Below are positions 21,890 to 34,762 of a DNA stretch of 64,000 nucleotides, piece by piece. How positions within the stretch are numbered: the first letter of the stretch is position 1; each line of letters opens with the position of its first letter. Under the pieces are notes generated by a model. It was not told the origin of the DNA, searched no databases, and was given only the letters and a program-made list of their open reading frames with translations. The stretch comes from Massalongia carnosa (lineage: Eukaryota), in the NCBI GenBank assembly GCA_965645245.1, contig OZ287081.1, positions 620,001 through 684,000 of the forward strand, read 5' to 3'. A program made the position numbers and the translations under genes.

Positions 21890-24689
21890 ATGGCCCTCTC
21901 AGTAGCCGACCAATTAACCCGCCTTGAAGCTGCTCGTCAACTCGTTCTCGCAGATTCAGCCCTTTACCCTCAGATCGTGCAAGGGATCCTTCCCATCGTC
22001 GGCGCCAACGCCCGAGTTGAGCTGCGAAGATGGGGTGCCGAGTTCCTCGCGGAGACTTTTGCAAGCCCCACGCTTGCCTTGCAGCAAAAAGAGCGCCTTG
22101 GTCTAGTCGTGCTACAGACGCTCAAGGAGCTGCTGGAGATACCGGGGGAAGATGGAGGAGTGGTAAAGAGTGTGATACAAGCTGCCACAAGTATCTATGG
22201 CCTTGTGGTTCGTTATATGTACGTGTATCCTATCTTGTAGGTTTATATGAAAGGTATATATATGGCGGGTATAGCTATGAGGTATTGCTTCTGTGTATGA
22301 TCAACTTCTTATTCGCGTGGCCCATCAGCATCGCCAACCCTCATGACTCAACAAGTTGGGATAAAATGGCGGCGATCAAGTCCAATATACTTAAGAGATG
22401 GGATACTGCGTCCACGGGGGTTCGGACGTGCTGTATAAAATTCGTTCAAAAAGTCGTTCATGTCCAGACGCCAGGGGTAATTGCAGATCCACGGGTGCGT
22501 ACTGTCTTGAGGCCCTTAGGCGCCAAACATACTAACACTAATCAGCGACCAGAACAGATCGAAATTTCTCTGGCTCTAGTCCCTCGAGATCATCCCTTGA
22601 TCCCACCCATGAATCTGGAGCCGGAGGCCTCGGGGCTGTTGGATCGCCTGCTCAATGTCTTCTACGAGGATAGAAGGTAAGCACATGTAATGCCGTAGAC
22701 CATCGGTCCGAGCCTGATTGTAAGCTTTGTAGCGACGCTGTACTGGTGACTGCAACCTTGAACTGCCTGAGCACGCTCGTCCGGACCCGGCAGACCATCT
22801 CCAATAAAATTGTGGCCGCCATATTGAGCTTCAACCCCCTGAAACAGGCCAATTCGCCCATGACGCCTAAATCGAAAGTGCAAATCAAGGCTATGGAGCG
22901 AACGACACGATCATTCTTAATGAATATTTACAGACGGTGCGTACCCTTCGCGGGGGAGAGGGACAAAGACTAATGGGTCAAAGGAACGAAGGGGGGGCTT
23001 TTGGACCTCGCATCAAGCAATACGTTGACAGGCTGCTCCAAGCACGTATGGATATTTTTGATGAAGGAAGTCGAAAACGTGCACTTCCTAGCGAACCTAC
23101 CGACGGCTTGGATTCGGCGAAGAGAATCCGTCTTGGGGCTGAAGTGCCCAGTCGGTTGAATCCTCCTCCTCTACCCCCTGGTCCTACAAGTGTCGCGCAG
23201 CTCTTCACCTTGACGGGTGATGAAGGCCTAACTTCATTCGATGTGACCCAACTTCCGATTGAACTTGTAGTTACGATTACATTACCTGTCCTCCATCAGA
23301 TTAATCAAACTTCTCTTGAAGAAGCCATTACCAACGTTCGCTCGCGCTATAACAATCTCAGCAAAAATCAATCGGCAGCTCTGCCTCCGTCATGGCCTCA
23401 ATCTGCCCCCGAAGACGACGAGGAAGATGATTATGAGCCAGATTTCCAACCGATGGAAGATTCAGAACAGATTCTTAACAAAGCGGATGCACTCCCACCT
23501 GAAAGCGTCTTCGAAGGACCTTCAGAAGTCGCGCTGGGCCCTTTCAAACTTCCACAACCAGCCCGGTTAACCCCTGAAGATATTTTTCAGATAGGAAATA
23601 ATACAGTCAGTCGTGTCTTCGGCTTGATGAACGTGTTGAACGAACCATCAGCGGTGAAGCGGCAAAAGCCAGGCTTGAATAGGTTGGCAGGAAGCAATTA
23701 CGACCGGGAGGCATGGATCACAGTCATCACGAGGTTAGCAACACGATCTCCGGCCGAAATGGATGACAAGAGTGGCATCGAGGATAGTACCCAAAAGGCT
23801 GTCATCAACGGCCAGGCCTCTCAGCTGAGTCTCAGTCATAGCATAAGACAGACACTATGGAAATATATTGTTGAAGACTTTCGGCCTAGGATTCACATCG
23901 CCATCGCTTGGCTGAACGAGGAATGGTTCAACGATCGCATCCGCGCACAATTTCAAGGCCAGTCCTCGGACATGAAAGGAGGGCAATCAGCATCACGCAA
24001 GGCGCATCAGAATTACGAGGAATGGGTGTTAAAGATTCTAGACTTCATTCTTCCTTACCTTGATGCGAAGGATAAACTTCTCATCAGGTTCCTGTCCGAG
24101 ATTCCGGCCATGGATGAGCATATACTAGAGCGAGTCCAGGGGCTGGCACGGGATCCGGAAAGGGTTGTTTTAGCGGTGAATGCGATACAGTATGTCTCCA
24201 TGCGTTAACAGCCTTGTTTTGGTATGGTTGGGACTTGATGAAGCTGACGATACAATAGCTATCTGATTCTAGTCAGACCGCCTGTACGCAACCTTTGTCT
24301 TGATGCGATCGAGGATCTTTGGCGTAACTGTAGGTGCATAATTTCCTCCCGCAATTGGCTGCGTCCATGTAGAAATTCAATCATGTACTCCCCATCATTC
24401 ATAATCGAGAAAGCCACCTCGTACCTAATTCTCAAGCAACTCACCCTACAAGCCTCCAAAAATGCTGACTTCTCCTTTCCTCCGTAAAGGTGAAGACGCC
24501 AAAATCCCCACCATAAAGATTCTCTCCAAGTGGCGCCCACACATCCTCGCAGGCGACCAAAAATTCTCTCCCCAAACCACGAGTACCAACGGCATTAAAC
24601 ACTCTCCCGAGCCCGACACCGATGGAACAATAGTGCATGGCGAAGTGAAAACACAGCCGCCTGTAAGCGCTGTCGCTGCTGCCGGGTAA
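21890..24689 (+). CDS. pta1: mRNA cleavage and polyadenylation factor subunit Pta1/symplekin
   Basis: Seven exons (introns 22219-22328, 22495-22545, 22677-22732, 22937-22983, 24190-24258, 24330-24489). Symplekin N-terminal motifs (YPQIVQGILPI, CCIKFVQKVVHVQT, LEPEASGLLDRLL) and C-terminal motifs (IAWLNEEWFND, LIRFLSEIP). Confidence 0.9.
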
Positions 24690-27171
24690 GTGAGCCGAGG
24701 TAGGGGGACGGAAAAGCTGGCCTAGATAGAGCTAGGTCGTGGCCTGGGGTATTTTCTTCTTGCTGGCCAGGGCTTTTGGTGTCAGATGTATTGGTGCTGA
24801 TACATGGGGAGTAGGATTGGCTGGATAGCTCGCTGGTCGGCTAGCTGATTGGTCGGTGGGCTTGGTCTAGAAGAAAGGATGTTTTGTTGCAGTAAGACGT
24901 AGTGGTGTTTAATCAAGCAAGATACCTCTCCCTCTCTTGCTCAACAATCTCTAAACTCCAAACCAATCCCGCTTCGATGGAATCTGATTGCCAAGACGTG
25001 CCTACTCCAGCATAATTGAGCAATCCCCTACGCCGCCCCTTACTTTTTTTTAGTTCTTCTTCCTCTTCTTCCAGGGGGTGGTTTAACAAGTTAATGAAGA
25101 GCATGAAGCCTTTAGGTAGAGGTGGTTTTAGGTCGTGAAAGAAACGGAATAATTACCGCCTATGTGGTGGTTGGGGGGCGATAGGAGAGGGGAAACAGAA
25201 ACCTCCCCGCTTGAGCATAACTATCTACGTTTTACTTACCCAATCCCTTCCCCTCGAAGGGTGTCGGCAGTTTCATCCAAATTCCCACCATTCCCGGAGG
25301 AAAAGGAGAGAGAAAAGAAAACTCGAGCTATGCATTTATGGCGTACCGGGTTGAACAAACCAGACCGATGTTTCCAAGCAAGGAAGCCATACTTACAGTA
25401 TGGACGACATCCTGCCCCCTTTTCTCCCTCCCTCCCTGGCTGCCTTGCTGGCTGCCTAGGTAGGTACATGGTTGGTTGGTGGAATGTTTACTCACTGGAT
25501 ATCTGAGCGATGGGGTTTAACATTCCAGGCAAGGGGTTTTTGGATTGGGGGATGGAGGTAGGGTAAATGGATAGTTGTTTTGATGGAGTGGGAGAAAGAA
25601 ATTGGAGATTTGGGGGGGAGGGGGGCGTTTCCTGTAGACTGAAGTGAAGGATGAGAGAGAGAGAGAGGGAAGGAGTCGAGGACTGGGGATTGTAAAATCC
25701 TATGATGGGATGGGATGGGGTGAGACAGAGTTTTTGTGAAGGCGGTACCTAGATAGAGAGAGAGATACCTAGATAAAACCCAAGAATACAATACGTTAAG
25801 AGGAAAGGGGGGGGGGGACTTGGTTTGTTGAATAGCTCCTCCCACTTGAGCTGGGTAGGTAGGTAGCTATAAGAAAACCAAGCGATTTGAGTGATCTTTT
25901 ATGGGGGGTGAAGGGACTTAGGTTCGGAGGGGTTGGGGTTGATGGTGAGGGAAGAAGAAGAAGTTGAGAGATGACGGATGTGGGACAACCAGATTCCTGA
26001 TCGGGGGAGGGCAGACATAGACGATAAAACCGATGTGTGATATAGAGAGTGAGAGATTAACGTAATCGAGATGAGATCAGATGAAGATCGGATGACTTAT
26101 CCGGATACGTAGATGGAGAGAAAATCTTGCAGACGAAAAAAATCTACAAAAGCCAGAGGTGTTTCTTTCGTTTGCCCGCTTGCTTTCCTGACTTATCATT
26201 TATTCATTGCAGCACACGCAAAGACGCCAAGTAAGGAGAGCAAGCGTCAAAGGCTCTTCCTCCTTCCGCCCTATTCCGCCCCTTACAAAATCGCCATCCC
26301 ATCACATGTCCCGGCTCATTCATCAGTTCCACCGGCTCCAAGTGCGGACACCTAAAACCGCCAGATCGCGCTTTCCGTTCATGTCCGTCAGTCACGTCCA
26401 CGAGAATGACAACAAAGACGAAAACAATAATAAACGACAACGACAACACAAGTTCGTTAGTAAAAAAAAACTCGCTGCATATTTCTCTTGCAAAACATTT
26501 TCCCTTCCTTTTCTCTTTTCAGACCTTTCCCATCTTCCATCTCGAGCTTTTGCATCATTGCACTCACGACAGTCAGCTAAACTTTGGTTAAAGCTTCATC
26601 ACCTGGTTTCCATTCCGGTGGATCTTTTCAAAGATCAGAGAGCGGTCAGCGTTTTGGAGTGAGAGGCTGTTTCCAAACGAGGTGAGTTTGGCCCGGATTC
26701 CGTGTGAAATGTTTCAGTCAATGCTTTTCGGTTTTCGGTTTTCGGTTTTGTTTTTCTGGGTACCCGGCGTGCTTGTTGATGGGCGATGGAGATAAGAAAG
26801 CTTCTGAAGAGAACGATGAGAGTGGTGCTTAACCTTGGCTACGGCTTAAGCGGCACTGCAGATGAGGGTTTGCCGAGTCTATTCGGCTTCGAAAGCAACT
26901 TGTCTTACTTTTCTTTGTTTGAGTTTCTTGTGGTGATCGAGGAAAGCGGGTTACTGCCATCCGAGCTCAGAGTGCGTTTCTCTTTGCTGCTCGACAGCTA
27001 TAAATTTACTGCTTGCCTACTCTTGTTTTGGTCATTCCATTCCATTCCATTCCGGTACATCGTTCTTCACCTCGCCTATCCCTTTACGTTACAATCGCTT
27101 TGTGACAGTCTACAACCGTTTTCTTCTTTTGGCGACCCTGTCGCAAAAGGCTCACACGTCTTCTAGTTACA

Positions 27172-28122
27172 ATGTCTGCCGCTTTGACACCCTCAAAGCC
27201 AGCCGGCAAATCACGCACCATGAACGCGGCACTTGTGGAATCCCCATCATCCGCCAACGCTGCAGCGACCGCACTTGATGATATGATTCCACTGCTCCTT
27301 GCGGCTAACCCTGGGCTTACCGTCAACTACAAGCAAATGGCAGCCTTGGATAAGCAGAAGCGCACTTACTCCTCCATTGAGCACAAGTTCCGCAAGTGGA
27401 GAGCAATAGCCAAAGAGATCACCGAAGGAGCCACTACTGCGAGCGGAGAGGCCAGCAAGGATTCAAGCGACGTACAGGGAGGCGGCATTACTGAAAAATT
27501 GGCCGTGAGGAAACGCAAGACTGCCAGCGACGAGGCTCATGAGGATTCCGAGGATGAGGTTGAGGCGCCCGTAAAGAAGCCAAAAGCCACAAGAAAAGCA
27601 TCTGCCAGAGCAACTACAGGGGCAGTGGCGGCAGCCAAGAAAGGAGGAGCGCCCAAAATCGATAACGAAGATAAATCTCTTAGCGAAGGGGAAGCACCGC
27701 AGACGAGGCCCACGACTTCCCGAAAAGGACCAGCCAAAGCTCCCACGTTTGGCGATGGGCCGGAGGGAGGAAAGGAGGGGAGCTCCGGCAACGAAGGCGA
27801 GGATGCTACAGCCAAAAAGGCCAATGTTGCCAAGAAGCGTGATGACAAGGTTATCGATGTTGCTACCGAAGTAACTGCTAAGAAACCAAGGGCGCCAAAG
27901 AAGGGTACTGCTAGAATTGTGAAGAAAGGAGCCATGCGTGGCGGGGCTGACGAAGGAATTGCGGAGGATGATGAGGATGTGGGGTCTAAAGCGATTGTGC
28001 GGCCAAAGGGTACGGCAAAGAAGGTGAAGGCCGAAACGGCAGCGAAGCCTGCTGCGAAAGGGAAGGGGAAGAAAGTGAAGGCTGTAGAAGAAGACCACGA
28101 GGTTGAAATGCAGTTTGATTGA
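27172..28122 (+). CDS. Lys/Ala-rich putative chromatin/DNA-binding protein with short fungal Myb-like N-terminal domain
   Basis: 316-aa ORF. The N-terminal VNYKQMAALD..TYSSIEHKFRKWR resembles the short fungal Myb-like domain; the rest is a low-complexity K/A/E tail with NLS-like clusters. Confidence 0.75.
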   Translation: MSAALTPSKPAGKSRTMNAALVESPSSANAAATALDDMIPLLLAANPGLTVNYKQMAALDKQKRTYSSIEHKFRKWRAIAKEITEGATTASGEASKDSSDVQGGGITEKLAVRKRKTASDEAHEDSEDEVEAPVKKPKATRKASARATTGAVAAAKKGGAPKIDNEDKSLSEGEAPQTRPTTSRKGPAKAPTFGDGPEGGKEGSSGNEGEDATAKKANVAKKRDDKVIDVATEVTAKKPRAPKKGTARIVKKGAMRGGADEGIAEDDEDVGSKAIVRPKGTAKKVKAETAAKPAAKGKGKKVKAVEEDHEVEMQFD

Positions 28123-28345
28123 GGGACTTCCAAAGGTGAGATCCAGTCCATGACATGCGAAATGTTGGTATTGCGTATGATTCTAAGGATGGCTTCTCAA
28201 GGTCCCCGATATCAACTTTTTGACTGAACTGTTCTATGACTTTCTGTGAGGGGGGATTAATGATACCTGAGGTTAACAGTCAAGGGATTCAAGCTGACGG
28301 CTTGGAAACGCCAGGATCAAATTTCCAGCCAGCTCGCCAAACGTT

Positions 28346-29659
28346 TCAGTCTTGTTGGCAGCCACCCCCATAGTGGTCTAGTTTCGTCTCCAATGCAAGT
28401 TGTGCGTTTCGTATGTTCTCATGTGCCTTGGCTGCTTCAGGGTCGCTCGTGCTGTGATTTCTCAGTCTGAAAAGACTCTTCTTAAACAAAGCACACCATG
28501 GTTTGAACAAACTAGTAAACCTGAAAGATCCATCATGTGTAGGTGTCTGTCTATTATGCACCGTTGCTTGCATGGATGAAAGTTTTTTTTCGTTAATCAT
28601 AACCCAAGCATCCTCCCCCTCGAGTGGCGAATCTCCATGAGTCTCCCCCTGACCCCCTTGATCACCTTGCCGTTTCTCGTCGACAAGCGACGGTCCATCA
28701 ATTGACGTCTCTAACTGCAAGAAGCGATCAAACATGAGATTCGCGATTTTCCCCCTTAGCCTGTCTCTCTCGTCACTGCCTGCGTTCTCTGCGTCAAAAA
28801 CTTCCGCCAGCAAATCTAACCCTCCAGCCTGCACAAACTTCCAAAGCTGTTTTTCGTCCTGACAGAGTGCCGAGAGTAGGAACACCATCCTAGTGAGCAG
28901 CGATGGAAGCTGCTCATGAGCCAACGCGAGAATAACAGCTTCGAGAGGGCCTGTAGGCCATTTGTCGTTATAGAAGTGGGAGACAGCAGCTATGAGAGCG
29001 TCTGGGTTGTTGTGGATGGCTGTAGCAAGGAGAAGAGCAGTAGCGGAGCGAACCTCAGGCGATGACTGAAATTGAGAAGTGGAAGGGGAAAGGAAGCCGA
29101 AGAGGATATGCGAGAGTGATGCGTCCCGCGCCAGGGCTAGACCCCAGTGGTGGGAGTGGGAGAGGTCTTCCAGGGTGGAGAGGGCTGGAATAACGTCATT
29201 GGAATCTGATGAAGAGGATGCCTTCAAAGCGTCTATGCTCGAGGCGAAGACACCACTCTCAGAAAGGTCGATTGGTGCAGGTCGGGCAGGCGGTGTGTAC
29301 TGCTGAGGATTTGATTGGTCTCGGAGGCCTGGAGATCTATAGGGTACATCATCAACTACGACCAGACCTGCCGCATCCCTACCCTCTTCTCGATCCGGCT
29401 CATTCAGTTTGGCTTCCTTGACTCCGGTGGCAAGGTTCATGCGTATATGAAGGCCTGGAGGGAGATTCTGATCATCATGAACGGTTTGAAACCTGGTCGT
29501 CGGCTGAAATGTGCGAGGATAGCACTCAGAAGCGTGATTTGTGTGACAGATAAGATCTGTGGTGGCTTTTGGAGATGGTACAACGGCTTGAACAAAGAGG
29601 ATAGGAGATATGATACAGAATATTGATGCTAATAGGGAAGAACGTGGAAGTCTGAACAT
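28346..29659 (-). CDS. sil1: ER nucleotide exchange factor SIL1
   Basis: Signal peptide followed by the SIL1 N-terminal motif DLICH..CYP..FQPT..FQ.VHDDQ.LPPGLH.RMNL.TG.KEAKLN and an ARM-like core. Confidence 0.9.
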   Translation of the reverse strand: MFRLPRSSLLASIFCIISPILFVQAVVPSPKATTDLICHTNHASECYPRTFQPTTRFQTVHDDQNLPPGLHIRMNLATGVKEAKLNEPDREEGRDAAGLVVVDDVPYRSPGLRDQSNPQQYTPPARPAPIDLSESGVFASSIDALKASSSSDSNDVIPALSTLEDLSHSHHWGLALARDASLSHILFGFLSPSTSQFQSSPEVRSATALLLATAIHNNPDALIAAVSHFYNDKWPTGPLEAVILALAHEQLPSLLTRMVFLLSALCQDEKQLWKFVQAGGLDLLAEVFDAENAGSDERDRLRGKIANLMFDRFLQLETSIDGPSLVDEKRQGDQGGQGETHGDSPLEGEDAWVMINEKKLSSMQATVHNRQTPTHDGSFRFTSLFKPWCALFKKSLFRLRNHSTSDPEAAKAHENIRNAQLALETKLDHYGGGCQQD

Positions 29660-29946
29660 GGTGAATTGGAAAGCGCTTTAGTTTTTAGAACTTTATTTGT
29701 CTAGAGAAAGGAAAAGGTTGGCTTCTTAAGTAGATAGCTTTCACCGGTGAGTCAATTGACTCTTATGTCTGCCTGGAGCATACTTACTGCAAGATTTCCT
29801 AAAGGTCTAGTTGTCAACTTCACGGTTCTTCTCTTGAGGCGGAAATTAGTTATGCATCATGATTGGCCAGAGCACCTGACTAATCTGATCACACACTTGT
29901 GCCATAACCTTTCAAGAACATCCACCGAAAAACCCACCTCCACATA

Positions 29947-30766
29947 ATGCTACCAACCCGACGATATCTATATGGTAGCACGCGGCATATTTGTCTGAGG
30001 CTATCGCGCCTTATCAACAGTATCAACACCAGCTCTGGCCGTCTTGCTTCTGCTAGAAGAGCCGCATCAACCGATGGACGCCCTAATCCTCAATCCGGCA
30101 ATGAACCTCTAGGTGTAAGTATCCACCTGGAAACCCACGCTTCTTGCTTCCCTAATCACCTTGTTCTCTCTCAAAGCGTGGGTTCTATGTCGCCATCGCC
30201 GCCATTCCCCTCTCGTTTGCGCTCTATAAATTCTCCCACTCCTCAGATGATGGCATGGCCGACTCAGCTCCACCAGCCTTCACGCGCATGATCAAATATT
30301 ACAGCAATTGGCAAGAACGTTGGACGCAAAGAAACCATTTGCATACCTCGATGATCGAGCAGGCTGCTCATGATCGGAATCTGTTCCAAAGCAGTCCCGG
30401 AAGCAAACATATTGATTTAAGGTTTCCGGAGTGAGTTCTTCAAGGTTGAGCTAGTTTTTTTATGCACTGTCATATAGCATTTCTTAGTGCAGAAGGAAAA
30501 ACTCGCGCTTCCTCAATCAACCAGAAACCTCGTCTAAACCCTTTATTGAAGAGATGCTGACATCTTCCTTTCTCGATAGAATCTTCAACACTGGATCGCC
30601 TTATAATGTTCCTGCAGGACACACAGCAAATCTCGATGAGCTCATTGCCCATTACAAAAAAATTAACGCTGATGTTAATATGGCGAGGGAAGCAAGGAGT
30701 AAAGCTGCTGAGAGGGGTGATAAGGAACCTGAAGCGAAGGATATTGTGAGGAGTGGAACGTATTAA
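29947..30766 (+). CDS. NADH:ubiquinone oxidoreductase 17.8-kDa subunit (fungal complex I accessory subunit)
   Basis: Exons 29947-30114, 30177-30430 and 30580-30766. Arg-rich presequence, one TM segment (RGFYVAIAAIPLSFALY), and the motif EQAAHDRNLF..HIDLRFPEIFNTGSPYNVPAG. Confidence 0.85.
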
Positions 30767-32571
30767 ATGGTGACATTTGGCTTCATGGCGTTTGCCGGGA
30801 TAAGGACGGTAAAGAGCAGGGTTCTATCTTCGACTTATATGCTAGTTACAAATAAGTTGACTTTCGATGATCTGCTTTCTCACCACTTTACTTTCAATGG
30901 GTAGTGTATTTATGTTCCTTGCTTTACTTCCCCATATCCAAGTGCACTTCCCAATGGGTTGTCCATGTGTTCCTTTTCCAGATCTGAAATATACCCTGGC
31001 TAATGACTTGAGATACTCCCGTATACTTTTTTATTCGTGCTGCTGGATAGGACCGCGGCCAGTTTACTGTGCAAATATTAGGGATATGAAAACTCTCTTA
31101 TTTGATCAATAAATTGTTGCTTCAATCATATAGTTGTTCATTATCTACTTGCTATACCCTTGAACTCTTTAGCCTCAGAAGACTCAAAGCTCTATTGGGC
31201 GAGTGCAATATTCTGTTTCGTTTCTTGGGTTGGATCAAAGATGCACCATGCATAGACGACTTGCTGACGTCTTTCAGCTGCTTGAACTACTATTCCCGGC
31301 ATTTTGGTGTGAAGCTCCCAGTTAGTCTAGACATCCCGAAAAGGAGCTTCATCCGGTAGGTAGCATTAACATATCTATTCCAGTAGTGCCCGCTCTCCGT
31401 GAAATTTATTACTCCATAATCAGTTAGTCCGCATCACCTGTCTGCTCAGGAACTACTCACCCTTGATCCACCCCCCACTGCTCAGGCCTAGGTCCCCTAA
31501 ATTGGTTATGTACCTAATTATCTTACTTACTATCCAATCATACTCTGCTCAGCTTCGTATACTGTGTGTTAATTCTATCAACTCGCAACAACTATATCCA
31601 GAAATTTCCATGCAAGCAAAGGTCACCGACATAGATGCGCCTATCATTATCACTAATAATACAATGACTATGTTTCCTATGACCTATGGTGGCTGGAGCT
31701 CTACGCATTTCCGATAATACTAACCGTTTTAATATTAGGTTTAGATATTACGTGTAAGCACAGCGAACTTAGTAAGCAAAACCTAACTTTAAAGGGTTAG
31801 ACACATAGGCTAAATAAGTTAGCGCCGGGCTAACCGAAAGAGGTTAGTGCAGGTGAAGGCTGTGCCACAACACGTCTGAGGTACTGAGGCAAGATATTAC
31901 TGTTATATACGGACATTCATCACAGTATGAACACTGTAAGGAACCTTCACAAAACTGGCTGTGTATGAGCCGCTTTCAGTATGCATCAGCTTTTTCATAC
32001 GGACAAGCTCTTGCAGAACCAGTTCAGAATCTCCTATGTAACCAGCACTTCGTACGTCTATCCTAGATAACGATCTCCGACGCTACCATTTCTTCTCTTG
32101 ACTTGCCTTGATGCATGTATTAGCCGCTACGCAGGACCTTAGAGCTCAATATAAGCTCAATAAACGCTACCAACCCGAGCATGCGGAACACATATCTTGA
32201 ACATTAGACTGTGCTCGCGGTCAACGAGAATTTAGGCGGTAGAAAAGGGTATTAACAAGTTGTGGAGGCTAAGCTATTGCGTGCCTAGAAGCTGTGTAAG
32301 GAAAGCACGGACGGCGTAGAAATGCGGTTTAAAGGACGTCTTCAAAAATCCAACCAAAAAAACGTATTTAAAACTAGTTTAAGCGTGGATTAATCAACCT
32401 CGTCAGACTTTGAATACCTCACTATATACGAGAATTATATATTGAATCTAACCATTTACTCTGCATCAATAGCAGTACTACCGCTCTATTTTCAATAAAC
32501 CCGGCCTTTTTGAGTAGTGTAAGATACTCCAGAGTGGATACGTAGTAGGTAAACGGTTCTGACAAGCTGTT

Positions 32572-34150
32572 TTACTCTAGAATGCGACAGCCCTCCTTCA
32601 GCAGCTCCTTGCGGTTTCTCCGCTCCAACTTCATTCTCATCGCCTTAGGCAACAGCATAACCTCCATATTCATCTTCCCAGGCACATTTTTGATAACCCA
32701 CTCCTTCAGTTCGACCGCTCTCTGTTCCAGCCATTTTCTATACACGTATTTTCCTTATTTGGCAACTTCAGGCCGGAGCTAGCTGGCTCTGTCGCCCGTG
32801 CTGCTCCTATCTTTGTAGGTCCAGGCGGGAGATTTCTTGTATCGAACGCTCCCGTGTTCTTTCAGCGTCGGCAGATTTTACTCTCTATCCTTTACATCCA
32901 TGCGGTGCTTGACGAGTGGATGCATCGTCTTCTCTGTGTGAAAATCGTCGACGGTAACTCCTTCGACATACTCGAGATTCTTCTGATGCTGGCCCGGCGT
33001 CCGAAGGATGTCATCTCCAGCCATATCGAGCTTGTATTGGAAACAGCAAGGATCCTTAACATCGCCATTGCCCCAGTATTTCTCCTCCTCCTCCTGGCCA
33101 GGCTTCTTGGGCTTCTCGGGCCTCTCGGACTTGTCCAGATTATTTTTAGCGGCTATTTCGTCAAATTTTAGAAGTCCGCCTACTTGATCGCACATCAAGC
33201 TAGCGTGACTTCGTCAACTGCTGATACATCCCAATTGGTTAAAGTTGGTTGTACCGCCGCTGATGTCGGCATGATAGCTAGGGAACCACATTGCTTCAGT
33301 TTACATGTCTCGCCACCGAACTTCGGATCTTGGTACTGGAGCTTCGGTGTGAATGCGCCTTGATGCTCATCAAGAGTCAACGCGTGGGAAGCGTGATCAA
33401 TTCCTATGAGAGTCAGCCTTGATCTGGGGAAAGGTGGGAGTACCTAGACAGTAGGTCGTGAAGACAGTGAAGAAGCCAGCGTTCCACCTAGTCAATCACG
33501 TGAACGTGCTGTCCGGCAGCCCTAGGCTTCCACGGTATCCCAAACCCTGATCACCTTAATTCTCACCTTCTGCTTTGGCATTTCCCCATTTTTGCAATTG
33601 TCAAATAATCCCTTTTGGTGTTCGGGAGTCGGCTGCGCCTTGCCCGATTCGCCATGAGCTTTATAGTGTTTATAGACGTCGTGAAAGTCTTCTATGCGTG
33701 AACTTTGAGCAGACCCATTTCCGTTAGACACCCTGCGAGCGCTCACGTTGTATAAGTCCCGTGCGAAATGTAGAAATCGAAAAATCTCGTCGCCTGGGGC
33801 ATAGTTGGTGGAAAGGAAGTGATGGGTTATAATAACATTCTCATCAAAACCGCTGCCAGTCTAACCTACACATATTATTCAGCCCGAGTATTTAGAAAAA
33901 ATGGGAGGGTTTAAAACTTCGCTGTTTCTTATTGTGTCACATTATCTAGCATATTAAGCCGCCCTGTCCCCACACCAGTCTGGTAGTAAACTATCTGCTC
34001 GACAAGCTCGCCTGAATCAGAGACCTCCTATCTAGCAATCATACGACTAATCCGAATAACATTCGACGGTAGGCTTCCAACGCCTTTGTCACCGCTGTAC
34101 CAGGTGCCATCACAGCACACGACAAGACGTTTCGGCAACTTGGAGAGGGG
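32572..34150 (-). pseudogene. decayed DUF2235 (Tle1-like alpha/beta hydrolase/phospholipase) gene
   Basis: Minus-strand motifs KRLVVCCDGTW, SNVIRI, QIVYYQTGVGT, NYAPGDEIF, IKVIRVWDTV and HALTLDEH..FTP. Internal TAG stops and frameshifts; the GFSRG nucleophile region is disrupted. Start codon not located. Confidence 0.8.
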
Positions 34151-34762
34151 ATCTTAGAAAAGTAGAGAATATTGGTCTCCACAAAAATATAAAAAGCAAT
34201 GAGTATACGACTTGGATTTCACTTGAGCTGAAGCCGGGAGCAAGGGGAGTCAGATAGATTGATAATGTTTCTGTTCATCTTGAACCCTTCTTAAGCCCAA
34301 CGCTTATCACTTCTTCAAAGTTACCCAAAATGTCCATCTCAGCCACAGGCATCTGGGCTTTGCAGGTCAGCCTTCCGTTAGCTGGCTATCTTGCCTTGGA
34401 AAAGACGCAGGAACCTTGAAACTCCCATTTCAACGCAGCCAATACATGTTTTTTCCCTATCTGGCCCTGAAACCTCAGATGTGGCTAGCTGAATCACGCA
34501 GAAAGTAGCTCGCTGTATCAAGGTATCTAGCTACATGTCCGCTAATCAAGAGGACTTGATGAATTAGAAGATCTTCTTGTGTAGTCAAATATGTCCTAGA
34601 CTCAAAAGTTGAGCTATTGTGTACAGTCGTTCTGGTAGGGAAAATGTCGACCACGGGTGCATGTTCTGGTAGTCATCGCCAGTCACGGGACAATGTGACT
34701 CGCCTAAGCAGTAGCGCGCCTCGCTTGATCGCCACGGTGGATTAGTTCATAGCTACTGAATA

